A stretch of DNA of 64,000 nucleotides from Methanotrichaceae archaeon. Lineage in GTDB: Archaea; Halobacteriota; Methanosarcinia; Methanotrichales; Methanotrichaceae. Of the stretch, positions 52,649-63,378 are shown one piece after another; the first letter of the stretch is position 1; the number at the start of each line of letters is the position of its first letter. The stretch spans positions 148,519-212,518 of the forward strand of contig CAWEXU010000005.1 of assembly GCA_963813075.1 (NCBI GenBank). Direction: 5' to 3'. Position numbers and translations under genes: made by a program. The notes beneath the pieces are model-generated. The model was given only the letters and a program-made list of their open reading frames with translations, did not search any database and was not told the origin of the DNA.

Positions 52649-54763
52649 TCACCGGCTGCCGCTGATCCTCAGGTTTCGACCGACGAGATAGACCGGATTC
52701 TCATTCAGTGTGACCCGGCTGGCGGTGGCCAACGTTTGCCCCATCAGGTCCGTCAGAGAGGATAGCTGGCCTCCCACCGCCACTGTCTGTTCGCCGTGTG
52801 TTGTCCACGCGATAAGGAGATCGCTGCCATCGCCACGGCGGTAGGAAACGTTGAACAAATCGCCAGTTTGCATTACCTGTTGGCATTTCCCGCCGGCGGT
52901 CAGCCAGATGAATGTGCCTGCGGCCACCATGGCCGGCTTGGGCGCGCAGTTGAAGGACTGGTGATGGATCAATCCGAAGTTGTGTTCGTTGTAGTCGCGG
53001 GTGATGCCGTCGTCCTTCAAGTCGTACCAGAAGACTTTCTCGACCACCGGCGTGGATTGCAGCAGCGCCAGGGTACGGACGGTGTGGCGCGCCTGGGCCG
53101 CCAGGTCACTGCCCCCGCTGGTGCGGTGCGTGGGATAGCCGATCTCGGTAATCCACGTCCTGGTCTTGACCCCGGCGGCCGCTACTTTGCCGGCGATGTT
53201 GGTGACTTCGTTGACCAGCCCGGAGGATTCCGGCGGGCGAGGATAGCGATAGGGGTGAATCGACCAGGCATCCATGGCCTCGGGCCCGGCGGTGCGGACC
53301 GCGCCCAGGATGTTCTCCGCGCACTTCGCGCCATATTCACCGCCGATGCCGACCACGGTCAGATCAGGAAAGGCCTTTTTGACGGCGGCATAGACCGGCT
53401 TGAGCAGGCGCCCGTAAGCCTCGCCGTCGTGTGCGCCCGGCCGGCCGTTCATGCCGCAACCGCCCACCCACTCATTCCAGATTTCGAACATCTTCACCGT
53501 GTCGCGCGTTTGCCGCGCCAGGTCCACCGCGTAAGCGGCAAAAGCCTGGATGCTCTCCAGTGAGTTGGGGTAGGCGCCGTTGTCGTAGAGCCGGTTGGCG
53601 TAATCGAAGATGATCAGCGGCCGCATGCCGACTTCGCGGGCGTGAGCCAGATACTTGGAGGCATAGGCTGGCATGGCCAATTGCCCCTTTTGCGTTTCAT
53701 ACGAGCCCCAGGAGATCTCGTCGCGGAACTGGTCGATGCCAAAGCGCCTCATCAGCTCCATGCACTCCAGTGGGTAGGAACCTTGTCCGAAGTGAGTGCA
53801 GACGCCCACAAAGTCGGACCGTGCCGGGACGGCTCCACCCGCCAGGGCCGCGCAGGCGAAGGAGCGCGTCTCCACCGGTCGTCCGGCCTGCAGCAGCTCG
53901 ATCTTGCAGGAGTACCAACCCGGTCGGTCCAGCGTGAAGCGCGCTTCGGTGCCATCCGCCGCACTCTCGCCACGCGCCACTTCGCGCCCAAAGAAGTCAC
54001 CCACACTCCAGCGGACGCGCTCGCCCGGCCCTGTGATGCGAAGGGCTACTGCGTCGCCTACGGAATAGACATTTCCGAAACGCCGATTCTGGGTCTCCAC
54101 CTTGATGGGGTGGGACTCCGTCGGCCTGGCCTTCACGACTGCGGCATCATCGATCCAGAGGCTGCCCTGGCCCTTGAAGCCCGCGCGTGGCCGGTCGATG
54201 ACGATGCCCGCCAGCTTGAGAGGGTAATCCTTGCGGCGGTTGCCGTCGCCACCCCACGCATCACCCCGGCTATCCAGCATGCCCGCCGCGAACTGCCAGC
54301 CGGCTTGGTTGTGGTGGAGGACGTCCACTTGGTGCCACTCGCCGCCGGCGTCGGTAAAGCGCAACCGCAGGACAAACGGCGTGCCATCGCCCTTGAACCA
54401 GAAGCCAAACCCGAGGCCCGGCTGGGTGAACTCCGCCTGGCCATTGACCTGGATGTATTCCAGGCCCGGCTTGCCGGCGAAAGTGTAGTCCACGCGCAGA
54501 GAAGCAGCGCCGCCGTTACGCTCGGTCGCATCCCGGCGCACACTGGCTTCGGCCTGTTGCTCGCCCCGCTCGGCGCGCCAGTTCAGCGTGGCGCCCTCGA
54601 AATCATCCACGACGCGGGCCGTTTCAAACAGCAGTTCGGGTGGAAGATCCAAGGGCACGGCTTCCACCGTCTGCCAATCGGTCGCGGCGGCCAAGGCGAG
54701 TTGCATCGAAGCCAGGCCAGCCAGGGTGGTGACCATCCACTGCGTTTGGAATCGTCGTGCCAT
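52649..54763 (-). CDS. Secreted clan GH-A glycoside hydrolase with N-terminal carbohydrate-binding-like domain
   Basis: Signal peptide; beta-sandwich DDFE..WIDD; GVCTHF, EIWNE, SIHPY, WITEIGY, FWYD, NFGL..PKPA. Confidence 0.8.
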   Translation of the reverse strand: MARRFQTQWMVTTLAGLASMQLALAAATDWQTVEAVPLDLPPELLFETARVVDDFEGATLNWRAERGEQQAEASVRRDATERNGGAASLRVDYTFAGKPGLEYIQVNGQAEFTQPGLGFGFWFKGDGTPFVLRLRFTDAGGEWHQVDVLHHNQAGWQFAAGMLDSRGDAWGGDGNRRKDYPLKLAGIVIDRPRAGFKGQGSLWIDDAAVVKARPTESHPIKVETQNRRFGNVYSVGDAVALRITGPGERVRWSVGDFFGREVARGESAADGTEARFTLDRPGWYSCKIELLQAGRPVETRSFACAALAGGAVPARSDFVGVCTHFGQGSYPLECMELMRRFGIDQFRDEISWGSYETQKGQLAMPAYASKYLAHAREVGMRPLIIFDYANRLYDNGAYPNSLESIQAFAAYAVDLARQTRDTVKMFEIWNEWVGGCGMNGRPGAHDGEAYGRLLKPVYAAVKKAFPDLTVVGIGGEYGAKCAENILGAVRTAGPEAMDAWSIHPYRYPRPPESSGLVNEVTNIAGKVAAAGVKTRTWITEIGYPTHRTSGGSDLAAQARHTVRTLALLQSTPVVEKVFWYDLKDDGITRDYNEHNFGLIHHQSFNCAPKPAMVAAGTFIWLTAGGKCQQVMQTGDLFNVSYRRGDGSDLLIAWTTHGEQTVAVGGQLSSLTDLMGQTLATASRVTLNENPVYLVGRNLRISGSR

Positions 54764-54799
54764 GCTCCAGGTTCAGACGGCCTGCCGGGGGCCGGGCAT

Positions 54800-55639
54800 T
54801 CAAGACGAAGGAGAAATCAGCGTCGGCCCGCCTGCCAGGCGTGTGAAAAAGTCCTCCGCGGTGGCGCTGGTGGCGGTGGCCAGATCCTCAAAGGTGCAGC
54901 CCCGCACCAGCGCGGCGAATGACGCCGTCTCTTTTACATGGCCCGGCTCGCAGCGCTTGCCCCGGTGTGGCATGGGCGCGAGGTAGGGGCAATCGGTCTC
55001 GAACATGAACCGGTCCAGGGGCGCGGCTTTGAGCGCCTCGCGCGTCTCGTGGCTGTTCTTGTAGCTCAAATTGCCGGTGAAGCTGACCAACCCGCCCAGA
55101 TCGAGGATGCGGCCCAGCGTGGGCAGGTCGCTCATGAAACAGTGGAACACCGCCCGTACCCGGCCAACCCACGGGCGCAGGCGCGCCTCGGTATCCTCGA
55201 ACACCTCCCCGCGTTGGTGGACCACCAGGGGCAGGCCGAGTTCGGCCGCCACCTCGATTTGCTGCTCGAGCAGCGCGTGCTGTCGCTCCTTGAACCGGGC
55301 GTCTTCGGCTGGGTTGCCGCCTTGGTTGGAAGGCAGGCGGTAGTAGTCCAGCCCCGTCTCCCCGATGGCGACCACGCGCACGTGCCGGGCCAGGGCCCGC
55401 AACGCGGGCCGCAGATCCTCCGGCGCTTCGAGCGCGTGGTTGGGGTGCCAACCGATCGCTGCATACAGTCCAGGGTGTTTCTCGCTTAACCGCACCACCG
55501 CCTCGCTCGTCTCCAGGTCCGTGGCCATGCACACGATCTTGCCCACGCCGGCCTCGGCCGCGCGTGCCAGCACCTGCCCGAAGTCCTCCTCGAAACACCG
55601 ATCGCTCAAGTGGGCATGGGTATCGTAGATGAACGCCAT
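54800..55639 (-). CDS. tatD: TatD-family DNase
   Basis: DTHAHL, GWHP, AIGETGLDY, VFHCF, ETDCPYLAP. Confidence 0.93.
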   Translation of the reverse strand: MAFIYDTHAHLSDRCFEEDFGQVLARAAEAGVGKIVCMATDLETSEAVVRLSEKHPGLYAAIGWHPNHALEAPEDLRPALRALARHVRVVAIGETGLDYYRLPSNQGGNPAEDARFKERQHALLEQQIEVAAELGLPLVVHQRGEVFEDTEARLRPWVGRVRAVFHCFMSDLPTLGRILDLGGLVSFTGNLSYKNSHETREALKAAPLDRFMFETDCPYLAPMPHRGKRCEPGHVKETASFAALVRGCTFEDLATATSATAEDFFTRLAGGPTLISPSS

Positions 55640-55884
55640 AAGTTGACCGAGGCTAGCCGGGGTGAAAGGGGAAGTCGAGGGCGCGGTGGGAGTGGAGGAC
55701 GACAACCGGAACCGAGGAATTATTGCGATGTAACTAGCTATTTACCAGTATTTAATGTAATTGTAACAGACCGGCAGGCAGCTCGTGTCCTGGTACTTCG
55801 CGAAAAGAAAGCTGGACAGGGCCTGGGGTTTCCCTGTAAACGGAAACCGCAGTTAGCACAAGTTTACCTAACAACTACATTATT

Positions 55885-57294
55885 ATGCGTACTAACAAGT
55901 GCATGGTATTGGTGATGACGCTCGGTGCTGGCCTGACGGTTTGCCAGGCTCAGACAGCCGCAACCACAACACCTCCGCCCCAACCAAGCGAGTTCGAGCA
56001 ATTCGTCACGGAGAGCAAGAACCCCGCTCCCTGGCTGACTTGGGGGGCTGATTTCCGCGTCCGGGACGAGTATGTTGACAAAGCCAACATGCTCCCGGGG
56101 TCTGCTACCGCTGAGAGGAACGTCATGCGGATGCGCACGCGTCTCTGGAGTTCCGTCGCTCCGGTCGAGGGCATCGCACTGAATATGCGCCTGGCGTGGG
56201 AAGCCCGCTACTTCTTCCGCCCAGACCCACCGGCCGTTCCGGGTGGGCACTCCGGCAGCTTCGATGAAATCCTCTTCGACAACATGAACCTGCGGTTCAC
56301 CAACCTGTTCAACACCCCGACCACCTTGACGGCGGGCCGGCAGGACTACCTGACCGGGATTGGCAGCGGATGGTGGCTGATGGATGGCACCCCGCTGGAT
56401 GGCTCGCGCACCTACTTCCTGGATTCAGCGCGGCTGACCTACGACCTGGCGGATGCGAAGACGGTCATCAACGGCATCTTCGTCTATCAGAAGGCCAACA
56501 GCGACGCCTGGTTGGCGCCCATAAACCAGCAAAGTTACCGCTATTACCTCACCGAGCAGGACCAAATGGCTGGCATCCTATACCTGCAGAACAAGTCCAT
56601 CGAGAAGACCCAGCTCGACCTCTACTTCGTGTTGGACAATGATGACAAGGTCATGGCTAACGGCAACGAGGGCTACATTTATGCTGTAGGTGCCCGCGGG
56701 GTGGTGGACGCGACGGACCGGGTCAAGATTTCCGGCGAAATCATGCCGCAGTTCGGCTCACACTGGAATTACTCCACCGCGCAGGTCCAGAACTACCAGG
56801 CGCTGGCGGCCCAGAGCCAAATCACCTACTCCTTCAAGGACAAGCTCAACAACACGGTTCGCGCCGGTTACGAGTTCCTCTCCGGCGACGACCCGACCAC
56901 GAGCGAATACGAGCGCTCCGATTTGATTTGGGGCCGATATCCTCGCTATTCCGAGCTTCTGGTGTACAACCCGACCACGGGCCCGCGGACGGGCGACTTG
57001 GGCAACTACCATCGCTTCACAGCGGGTTGGAGCATCAACCCCTTCCGCAAGACGCAGTTTGCCCTCGACTATCACGCCCTTTTCTCAGTGGAGCATGAAG
57101 CCGTGTATGGTACCCAGACGACAGGCGATTTTCGCGGCCACCTCGTGACTGCGTTGCTTGAATACACCTTCAACAAGCACCTCAAGGGACATCTTCGCGC
57201 CGAGTTCTTCGCCCCTGGCAGCTACTATGATGGCACTGGTGCCAGCAAAGAAATGGAGACGTTCCTCCGGGCCGAACTCTACGGCACTTGGTAG
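55885..57294 (+). CDS. Alginate-export-family outer-membrane beta-barrel
   Basis: Signal peptide; GADFRVR, GRQD, DGTPLDGSRT, YEFLSGDDP; amphipathic strands; terminal aromatic W. Confidence 0.8.
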   Translation: MRTNKCMVLVMTLGAGLTVCQAQTAATTTPPPQPSEFEQFVTESKNPAPWLTWGADFRVRDEYVDKANMLPGSATAERNVMRMRTRLWSSVAPVEGIALNMRLAWEARYFFRPDPPAVPGGHSGSFDEILFDNMNLRFTNLFNTPTTLTAGRQDYLTGIGSGWWLMDGTPLDGSRTYFLDSARLTYDLADAKTVINGIFVYQKANSDAWLAPINQQSYRYYLTEQDQMAGILYLQNKSIEKTQLDLYFVLDNDDKVMANGNEGYIYAVGARGVVDATDRVKISGEIMPQFGSHWNYSTAQVQNYQALAAQSQITYSFKDKLNNTVRAGYEFLSGDDPTTSEYERSDLIWGRYPRYSELLVYNPTTGPRTGDLGNYHRFTAGWSINPFRKTQFALDYHALFSVEHEAVYGTQTTGDFRGHLVTALLEYTFNKHLKGHLRAEFFAPGSYYDGTGASKEMETFLRAELYGTW

Positions 57295-57326
57295 GACGTC
57301 GCCGCGAGTTACATCCGATTTCGAGC

Positions 57327-57362
57327 CAGGGCCGGTCCTGTCAGGGGCCGGCCCTGTTCTTT
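57327..57362 (+). terminator. Rho-independent terminator
   Basis: CAGGGCCGGTCCT-gtca-GGGGCCGGCCCTG hairpin followed by TTCTTT. Confidence 0.75.
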
Positions 57363-57568
57363 GGGGATTTCGACTCCACCGCGCAAATGGCGCAAATCCG
57401 CCATGAACCACGTAGCCACCGACGTCAGTCGGCGCACTTCTTCATCCAGACGATTCAGCGCGGACTGACGACCACGGCTACCCGCCACCGTTTCGCGGCC
57501 CCGAGGCACGATTCGAGGGTTGCGGAAGCTCGCCGCGCTTTCTGGGACGGCAAACCCCGCGCCACCGA

Positions 57569-57766
57569 TTACCGGATGGGCGTGTTCTCCGCTTCCATGT
57601 TCGCCACCAGATCCTTTTCCGCCAGAACCCAGTCCTCGAGCTTCAACGCGCCGCGGTCCAGTTTGTCGCGGTAGAGGTGGTAGGCGTGATCGCGGACGGC
57701 TCCCTTGGTGATGCCGGGGGTGAACGGCTGAGGCTGCTCAACGTTTTTGACTTCTTTGGTCTTCAT
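57569..57766 (-). CDS. Small hypothetical protein (DUF2934-like pattern)
   Basis: VRDHAYHLY..EDWVLAEKDL. Confidence 0.6.
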   Translation of the reverse strand: MKTKEVKNVEQPQPFTPGITKGAVRDHAYHLYRDKLDRGALKLEDWVLAEKDLVANMEAENTPIR

Positions 57767-57937
57767 AGCTTGGCCTTTCCGTGGTTTGTAGGAATATAGT
57801 GGCCATCAGCCGGAGACGCAACCTCGATCCGGCGAGGGTGCCATTTGACACCCCCGCCAGATCCGACCAGGGCCCAATGCGGCTGGGTTGACGTCCGCAC
57901 GGTCGATACGCCACATTGGCGGCGCTAACGGACTCAC

Positions 57938-59071
57938 ATGGACGCCGACATCCAAGTCATCCCGCTGTCGCGCCGCGGGCGGGACCTGAACAGGTTTCTC
58001 GCCTTCAGCGATCACATCTATGCGCGCGATCCGCTCTGGGTCGCACCGCTCCTGATGGACCTCAAGAAGGTGTTCAGCGACGCCAACCCGCTTTTCGACC
58101 ACGCCGAGATGCGCCTTTGGATGGCCGTCCGCCAGGGGCGCGACGTAGGGCGCATCGCCGCCCTGCTCGACCGCCAGCACAACGAGATCCAGTGCGACAG
58201 CGCCGTGTTCTTTGGTTTCTTCGAGTGCGAGAACGACCCCGGGGCTGCGGCGGCCCTGTTCCAGGCCGTGTTCGACTGGGCGAGCGAGAAAGGCCTTCGC
58301 CGCGTGCTCGGTCCCATGAACCCGACCTCAAACGACGAATGCGGATTGCTGGTGGAGGGATTCGACTCCTCACCCACCCTGATGATGACCTACAATCCGC
58401 CCTACTATGCCCCGTTGATCGAAGCCAACGGGTTTCGCAAAGCCAAGGATCTTCTCGCCTACAACATTGATCTCAAGAGCGAGCCAATGGACCGTCTGGC
58501 CAGGCTGGTGGCCCGGGCTCGGAAGAAGTGGCCCGAACTCAGCTTCAGGCCAATCCGACGCCGCACCCTTGACCAGGATCTGGCCAAGATCAAGGAGATC
58601 TACAACACCGCGTGGGAGCGCAACTGGGGCTTTGTGCCCATGACCGACCGCGAGGTGGATTTCATGGCCGAACGCCTCCGCCCTCTCCTCATGGTGGACA
58701 TTTCCTGGCTGGCTGAGACCGACCGCGAGCCGGTGGGATTCCTGCTGGCCCTGCCGGACTACAACATCGCTTTCAAGCCTCTGCGCGGCCGGCTGCTCAC
58801 CCCGGCGCTCTTCCAAGCCCTGCCCTATCTGCTGAACTGGAAAACTCCCCCCGGCTGCAGGGTCATCACCCTGGGGGTCAAGGAGGCCTACCGCGGCAAA
58901 GGCATCGAGTCGGTCATGCTCTTTGAGGGCCTGCGCGAAGGGTTCAAGGCGGGCATCACCGCCGCCGAAGCCTCGTGGATCCTCGAGGACAATGTCATGA
59001 TGAACCGGCTCATGCAGGTCTATGCCGGCCGGGTCTATAAACGCTATCGCATCTACGAGCGGGAAACCTGA
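57938..59071 (+). CDS. GNAT-family N-acetyltransferase (YghO-like)
   Basis: VGRIAA, FFGFFEC, GPMNP..ECGLLVEGF, YNPPYY, NWGFVP, LGV..YRGKG, SWILEDN. Confidence 0.85.
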   Translation: MDADIQVIPLSRRGRDLNRFLAFSDHIYARDPLWVAPLLMDLKKVFSDANPLFDHAEMRLWMAVRQGRDVGRIAALLDRQHNEIQCDSAVFFGFFECENDPGAAAALFQAVFDWASEKGLRRVLGPMNPTSNDECGLLVEGFDSSPTLMMTYNPPYYAPLIEANGFRKAKDLLAYNIDLKSEPMDRLARLVARARKKWPELSFRPIRRRTLDQDLAKIKEIYNTAWERNWGFVPMTDREVDFMAERLRPLLMVDISWLAETDREPVGFLLALPDYNIAFKPLRGRLLTPALFQALPYLLNWKTPPGCRVITLGVKEAYRGKGIESVMLFEGLREGFKAGITAAEASWILEDNVMMNRLMQVYAGRVYKRYRIYERET

Positions 59072-59192
59072 GCGGCCCTCCCCTTTCTTTCCTATTGTCG
59101 AAACGTCTTCGGCGCCTAAGATCATGAGGTCGAGGCCCTGCGGCCCCGGTCTTGACTCCGGCTGCGTATCAGCCGATATACCATCGACATCT

Positions 59193-59699
59193 ATGCTGTG
59201 TTGTGTCTGCAAGCAGAAAGAGGCCACCGTGCATTTGACCCAAATCGTGGGTGAAAAAATGCAGAAGGTGGACCTGTGCGAGGAATGCGCCAAGGAAAAG
59301 GGCGTGAACGATCCCACCGGCTTCTCGCTGGCCGATCTGCTGATGGGACTCGGCGCCTCCCAGGAGATTGCTGAGGCTGCGGGGAGTTCGGAATTGCGGT
59401 GCCCGCAGTGCGGCTTCTCTCAGGCTGATTTCAAGAAGGCCGGCCGCCTCGGTTGCGCCGACTGCTACACCACCTTCGCCGAGGGCCTCGAGGGCTTGCT
59501 CAAGACCATGCACAAAGGGGTCCGTCACAAAGGCAAGGTGCCCCAGTCCCTGCGCGGCGCCCAGGATTTGCAGGACAAGCTGGCCTCGCTCCAGAAGAAG
59601 CTCGATCGCGCGGTGGCGGAGGAGAATTTTGAACAGGCCGCCCGTGTCCGGGATGAGATCAAAGCGGTGAAAACGCGGGTGGCTGAGCCGACGGCATGA
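59193..59699 (+). CDS. mcsA: McsA (zinc-finger/UVR-domain activator of McsB)
   Basis: Four CxxC pairs, ATVHLTQ, GRLGCADCY, HKGKVP, ENFEQAARVRDEIK. Confidence 0.93.
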   Translation: MLCCVCKQKEATVHLTQIVGEKMQKVDLCEECAKEKGVNDPTGFSLADLLMGLGASQEIAEAAGSSELRCPQCGFSQADFKKAGRLGCADCYTTFAEGLEGLLKTMHKGVRHKGKVPQSLRGAQDLQDKLASLQKKLDRAVAEENFEQAARVRDEIKAVKTRVAEPTA

Positions 59700-60805
59700 A
59701 CATCTACGATTTTCTTCTTTCACCCTCAGAGACGGCCCGGCGCGAGGGACCGAACAAGAGCATTGTGCTTTCCAGCCGCGTGCGGCTGGCGCGCAACCTC
59801 AAGAACCTTCCCTTTCCCGGCTGGGCCAAGAAACCCGACCGGATGCGGGCCTTGGACATCATCCGGCCGGCGGTCGAGAACCTGCCGCAGATGGTCGCCT
59901 GCTTCACGGAGGCCATGGACAACCTGGGCTCCCTGGACAAGCAAATCATGGTGGAACGCCACCTGGTGAGCCGCGAGCATACGGCCCGGGGCGCCGGCAG
60001 CGGGGTGGTCCTGAGCAAGGATGAAACCCTCTGCGTGATGATCAACGAGGAGGACCATCTCCGGATGCAGGCCCTCCTGCCCGGAATGCAAATCCGGCAG
60101 GCCTGGAACGCCATTGACGACATCGACAGCCGCCTCGAGAAGAAACTCGACTACGCCTTCAATGGCAAACTTGGCTACCTCACGGCCTGCCCGACCAACT
60201 TGGGCACAGGGATCCGGGTCAGCGCCATGCTGCACCTGCCCGGACTCGTTCTCTCCGAGCAGATCAATCCCATCATCCAGGCGGTCAATAAGCTTGGGCT
60301 GGCCGTGCGCGGCCTCTATGGGGAAGGCACTGAGGCGCTTGGCAACGTTTTCCAGGTGTCCAACCAGATGACCCTCGGCGAAAGCGAACCTGAAATCGTG
60401 GAACGGCTCTGCAAGGTGGTGGCTCAACTGATTGAGCACGAAGAGAATGCGCGTCGCACGCTGCTGGAGAAGAAGCCGAAATCGGTCTTCAACCACGTTG
60501 GCCGCGCCTACGGCATTCTGGCCAACGCCCACATCATTTCTTCCAAGGAAACACTTAACCTGCTTTCGTTGCTTAAGTTAGGATCGGATCTTGGGATGTT
60601 CCCCGGTGTGGAGACCTATCTGATGGACGAATTGTTCATTGTCACCCAACCGGCCCACATCCAGAAACAGATTGCGGGCAAACTCGAAGCCGAACAGCGT
60701 GATCTGCTGCGCGCCGACCTCTTGCGCGATCGACTGCGCAACGTGCGGCGCCCGGCCCAGCCTCCTAATCCACCAACCCCGCTGGACAAATCGGGGGAAG
60801 CCTAG
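59696..60805 (+). CDS. mcsB: Protein arginine kinase
   Basis: [50 protein letters not shown]; lies between mcsA and clpC. Confidence 0.95.
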   Translation: MNIYDFLLSPSETARREGPNKSIVLSSRVRLARNLKNLPFPGWAKKPDRMRALDIIRPAVENLPQMVACFTEAMDNLGSLDKQIMVERHLVSREHTARGAGSGVVLSKDETLCVMINEEDHLRMQALLPGMQIRQAWNAIDDIDSRLEKKLDYAFNGKLGYLTACPTNLGTGIRVSAMLHLPGLVLSEQINPIIQAVNKLGLAVRGLYGEGTEALGNVFQVSNQMTLGESEPEIVERLCKVVAQLIEHEENARRTLLEKKPKSVFNHVGRAYGILANAHIISSKETLNLLSLLKLGSDLGMFPGVETYLMDELFIVTQPAHIQKQIAGKLEAEQRDLLRADLLRDRLRNVRRPAQPPNPPTPLDKSGEA

Positions 60806-60824
60806 CACCTTTGCACCGGCATCT

Positions 60825-63345
60825 ATGAGCGATGATCTAAGCAACTTCACACCGCGGGCCCAGCAGGTGCTGGCGCTGGCCCGGAAGGAGGCCGACCGTT
60901 TCAACCACACCTACGTCGGCACCGAGCACCTGCTGCTGGGCCTGATCACGCTCGGCCAGGGCGTGGCCGTGAACGTCCTGCAGAAGATGGGCCTCGACCT
61001 CGAGACCGTGCGCCTGGAGGTCGAGAAGCAGGTGGGCAGCGGTCGGCGACCAGAAGATGGTCGGCAACGTGCCCTACACGCCGCGGGTCAAGAAGGTGCT
61101 GGCGCTGGCGGCCAAGGAGGCCAAGGCGCTGAACCACACCTACGTCGGCACCGAGCACATCCTGCTGGGCCTGCTGCGCGAGGGCGAGGGCGTGGCCGCG
61201 CGCGTGCTCAAGAACCTGGACGTGGACATCGAGCAAACCCGGCAGGAGATCCTGAAGGAGCTGGATCCGAATTTCGACCGGCGCCGACGGAGGAAGGCGG
61301 AGCCGAGCCGCCGGAGAAGCCGCCAGGCCGACAGCCGAGAAGAAGGGCGAAGTCAAGACGCCCGGCGCTGCAGCGCCTTCGGCCGCGACCTGACCGAGCT
61401 CGCGCGCAAGGGCGAGCTGGACCCCGTGATCGGCCGCGCGGACGAGATCGAGCGCGTGATCCAGATCCTCTGCCGCCGCACCAAGAACAACCCGGTGCTG
61501 CTCGGCGAGGCCGGCGTGGGCAAGACGGCCATCGTCGAGGGGCTGGCCCAGGCCATCGCCCGGGGCAACGTGCCCGAGCTGCTGCGCGACAAGCGCGTCA
61601 TCACGCTGGACCTGGCCCTGATGGTGGCCGGCACCAAGTACCGCGGCCAGTTCGAGGAGCGCATCAAGGCGGTGATGGACGAGATCCGCCGCGCCAAGAA
61701 CGTCATCCTCTTCATCGACGAGCTGCACACCATCGTCGGCGCCGGCTCCGCCGAGGGCGCGATGGACGCCTCCAACATCATCAAGCCGGCCCTGGCCGCG
61801 GCGAGCTGCAGTGCATCGGCGCCACGACCCTGAACGAGTACCGCAAGTACATCGAGAAGGACGCCGCCCTGGAGCGCCGCTTCCAGACCGTGAAGGTCGA
61901 AGCCCCCTCCGTCGAGGAGACCATCGCAGATCCTCAAGGGCCTGCGCCCGAAGTACGAGGAGCACCACAACGCCGAGATCACCGACGACGCCATCGAGGC
62001 CGCCGTGCAGCTGTCCGACCGCTACATCACCGACCGCTTCCTGCCGGACAAGGCCATCGACGTGATCGACGAGGCCGGCGCGCGCGCGCGCATCGGCGCC
62101 ATGACCCGCCCGCCGGAGGTCAAGGACATCGAGGCCGAAATCGAGCGCCATCAAGGCGGCGCAAGGAAAAGGCCATCAAGGAGCAGCACTTCGAGGCGGC
62201 CGCGCAGCTGCGCGACAAGGAGAAGCAGGCGCAAGGACAAGCTCGAGAACCGTCCTCGGGGCCTGGAAGCCAGCCGCGACGAAAAGCGCGTGAACGTGGA
62301 TCGAGGAGGACATCCTGCCAGGTCGTCTCCAAGTGGACCGGCGTGCCGCTCCAACGATGGAGCAGGGCGAGGCCCAGCGGCTGCTGCGACATGGAGGAGG
62401 AGCTGGCGCAAGCGGTCATCGGGCCAGGAGGAGGCCGTCGCCGCCATCTGCAAGGCGCTGCGCCGCTCGCGGGCGGACCTCAAGGATCCGCGCCGGCCGA
62501 TCGGCTCGTTCATCTTCCTCGGGCCGACCGGCGTCGGCAAGACGCTGCTGGCCAAGGCGCTGGCCGAGTTCATGTTCGGCGACGCCGACGCGCTGATCCA
62601 GATCGACATGTCCGAGTACATGGAGAAGTTCACACGTCTCGCGCCTGGTCGGGTCGCCGCCGGGCTACGTCGGCTACGAGGAGGGCGGCCAGCTCACCGA
62701 GACAGGTGCGCCGCCGGCCCTACTCCGTGGTGCTCTTCGACGAGGTCGAGAAGGCGCACCCGGACGTCATGCACATGCTGCTGCAGATCCTGGAGGAGGG
62801 CAAGCTGACCGACAGCCTGGGGCGGGCGGTCGATTTCCGCAACACGATCGTCATCATGACCTCGAACGTCGGCGCCGAGACCATCCGCAAGGGCGCGACC
62901 TGGGCTTCGCCCCCATCGAGCGACGAAAGCGAGCTACGAGAAGATGCGCGAGAAGATGCTGGAGGAAGCCAAGCGCGTCTTCCGGCCCGAGTTCCTGAAC
63001 CGCGTCGACGACGTCATCGTCTTCCGCTCGCTCACCAAGCCGACCTGATCGAGATTCTCGACCTCGAGGTCGCCAAGGTGATGGAGCGGCTCAAGGGCAA
63101 GCGAACTCACCCTGGAGCTGGACGACCAGGCCAAGGACTTCCTGGTCGAGAAGGGCTACGACCCGCAGTACGGCGCGCGCCCCATGCGGCGGGCCGTCGA
63201 GCGCTTTCTCGAGGACCCGCTGGCCGAGGAGATGCTCAAGGGCAGCCTGCACGACAACGAACCGGTCCAGGTCAACCTGCGGGACGGCAAGCTGGTCTTC
63301 AGCCAAAAATCGGCCGGGCAGCAGGCCGGAGCGCTGTCGAGCTGA
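60825..63345 (+). CDS. clpC: ATP-dependent Clp protease ATP-binding subunit; numerous frameshifts
   Basis: NFTPRA, two ClpN repeats (YVGTEH), [26 protein letters not shown] segment, [17 protein letters not shown], spread over several frames. Confidence 0.92.
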
Positions 63346-63378
63346 GCGCTACTTATCGAGCTTCTCCACCAACTCGGG

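Noticed and set aside
49848..55628. Many overlapping alternative ORFs in the GC-rich segment
   Set aside because: They are expected from stop-codon scarcity and overlap well-supported genes.
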